The position numbers and the translations under genes were made by a program. A stretch of 63,849 nt of DNA, filler included, from Octopus bimaculoides (taxonomy: Eukaryota), in NCBI RefSeq assembly GCF_001194135.2. It is 8 parts of 7 records of this genome, joined end to end, with 100 filler letters (N's around TTAATTAATTAA, not from the genome) between each part and the next. Parts side by side here need not be neighbours in the genome. Positions count along the whole stretch, not along the records: positions 62,019 to 63,849 come from NC_068986.1; 7 more parts are not named here. One strand, given 5' to 3'. Of this stretch, positions 61,919 through 63,849 are shown piece by piece. Below the pieces are notes generated by a model. It did not search any database. It was not told the DNA's origin and saw nothing but the letters and a program-made list of their open reading frames with translations. Numbering within the stretch: position 1 is the first letter of the stretch; each line of letters begins with the position of its first letter.

Positions 61919-63649
61919 NNNNNNNNNNNNNNNNNNNNNNNNNNNNNNNNNNNNNNNNNNNNTTAATTAATTAANNNNNNNNNNNNNNNNNNNNNNNNNN
62001 NNNNNNNNNNNNNNNNNNTCTCTCTCTCTCTCTTTGTTTCTCTTATTATCGTGAACGCACTGCAGCCAACACTATTACCACAACTACCAACATTCCCACA
62101 ATCTTGAGTTACCTCCTTTAGTGTGTTGGACTCCTTACGTTTAAGATACTGCGACTTTAATATTATGCTGTTTTCTTGCATATAGGGTAAAAGTTTAAGA
62201 TCTGGTACTTAGTTGCAATATATGGTTCGAAAACAGTGACAGATAAATTTCCCACAGGTTAGGAGGCCGATCTTAGACAAGTAAGTTTACTGGGCATATA
62301 TTCTTGACAGTCGGGTGAATATGTACAATTTAGCGTTCTGTCCAGAAACACAAAATGTATGCATATCGCATGCGAGTTGCAAAACTAATCTTTTACCCAC
62401 TTGGTTGTTTGTTACCCTACAGTGTGTAAGCAGCTAATATGAAGGAGAGAGGAAGAACTGAAACATTAGCGACTTCCAGATCTTTACCCAAGACATTAAC
62501 AAAAACACATGACAGGAAATAAATGCGACATTCTTATGTCTAATGACATTGGAAATATAAATGAATTAGCTTCAATTTGTCATCGAAATCAATTCACCGA
62601 CTCAATTTCCTAATGACTCGCATCCATTCGACGTCGCTGTGCATCAACAGAAATACATTCGTTAAAACATTCACAAAGCCCTTTTCTACCAATGTTTTAC
62701 ACTTATAATCACTTTCCGGTGACTAGTCTATAGCATTATATAATGTGACTCTACAAATGTGGGTTTAGTTATATTAGGAACTATATGGAACTAAAAGAGG
62801 AGACAGTCTGGGAAATAGGGTATTACTTATCGAACATCATCTACAATCAAAGATATTACGCCATGATCATCTTGTCCTTTTTTAAAGGTGGTGGAATATG
62901 CTGTTGCGTTTAACAGACAATATAACACGATTTAATAGAAATTTCTAGTAAATCGAGTGACCACACAGTGGCCCCCTCGTCGACTTGTATCTGTGCGTAT
63001 ATTTGATTGTGTGTTTGTATGTGTGGTACCTCAAATTAACTGTATTCTTGAACTGTTCTTGCAAGTAGTGTAGTCCTGAGTAGAATCAATGCTGCAAGTA
63101 ATTATTTATTTATTCGTTTCCTGGAAAACTAACAAATCGAATGCAACAGGTTTTGAACTCATGTTGTATTAGTTGTTAGTCAAATACATTAATCATTCAA
63201 CATTCTTTCCTCAACTCAGCCGCATAGTAGAAAGTAATACAGAAGAAAAAGATCCTTACATATTCACCCTCTCTGATTTCTTTTTTGCATAATACAACAG
63301 ATGGCATAAACTTATATCTAACAGAGTAAGTAATTATAAAAGGAACAGAAAGAAAAAATTGTGTAGCAGTAGAGAAGTTTAATCATCTAGTTACGGTGAT
63401 TGATCACCAGAGAGCTACAATGATCTGATTAAAGTTCATTTTTCAAATGTTTAAACATTTGTTTTAGGGTAGCATAAATATTTAAACATTTGAAGAGTAT
63501 TAGTACACACATACACACAAACATTGATACATGTATGTATGTATGCATGTATGTATGTATGTATGTATGTATGCATGTATGTATGTATGTATGTATGTAT
63601 GTATGTATGTATATATGTATGTATGTATGTTATTCTTTCTTTTATTCTT

Positions 63650-63849
63650 TTATTCTTTTACTTGTTTCAGTCATTTGACTGCGGCCATGCTGGAGCACCG
63701 CCTTTAATCGAATCAAATCGACCCCAGGACTTATTCTTTGTAAGCCTAGTACTTATTCTATCGGTCTCTTTTTGTCGAACCGCTAAGTTACGGGGAGCCA
63801 AACACACCAGCATCGGTTGTAAAGCGATGTTGGGGTGACAAACACAGAT
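63650..63849 (-). mobile_element. SINE, cut by the window end
   Basis: CTTGTTTCAGTCATTTGACTGCGGCCATGCTGGAGCACCGCC. Confidence 0.85.

Noticed and set aside
62257-62286. 23-nt micro-exon (CCCACAG|...CAA|GTAAGT) as EF-hand exon 2
   Set aside because: The peptide VRRPILD does not continue an EF-hand, and three linker joins intervene.

Overview
This is eukaryotic, AT-rich, repeat-dominated genomic DNA, not prokaryotic. There is no CRISPR array, rRNA or true tRNA gene. The SINE families, RTE/R4-type/L1-like/Penelope-like retroelements and dense microsatellites resemble an octopus (cephalopod) draft assembly; this species call is an inference. The window has many N gaps, and seven 100-bp joins contain an artificial TTAATTAATTAA linker, so segment order across those joins is unverified. 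Only three host-gene fragments are recognisable: exon 1 of an SLC35D3-like nucleotide-sugar transporter (21064-21499, +), a 45-codon first exon of an EF-hand Ca2+-binding protein with TATA/Inr (48164-48298, +, absent from the ORF track), and an isolated UGGT exon (52268-52712, -). The rest is decayed or nested mobile DNA: Tc1, DD41D, two mariner types, two hATs, a Helitron, two probable solo LTRs, LINEs and SINEs. The most interesting signal is a set of type I hammerhead-ribozyme motifs. Two of them sit inside fold-back elements with the same architecture (10749-11060 and 44966-45545), consistent with Penelope/retrozyme-like self-cleaving RNAs. Other highlights are a ~65/130-bp dimeric repeat array directly upstream of the SLC35D3-like ATG and an E2F/YY1/NRF1/ETS motif cluster flanked by splice donors on both strands.
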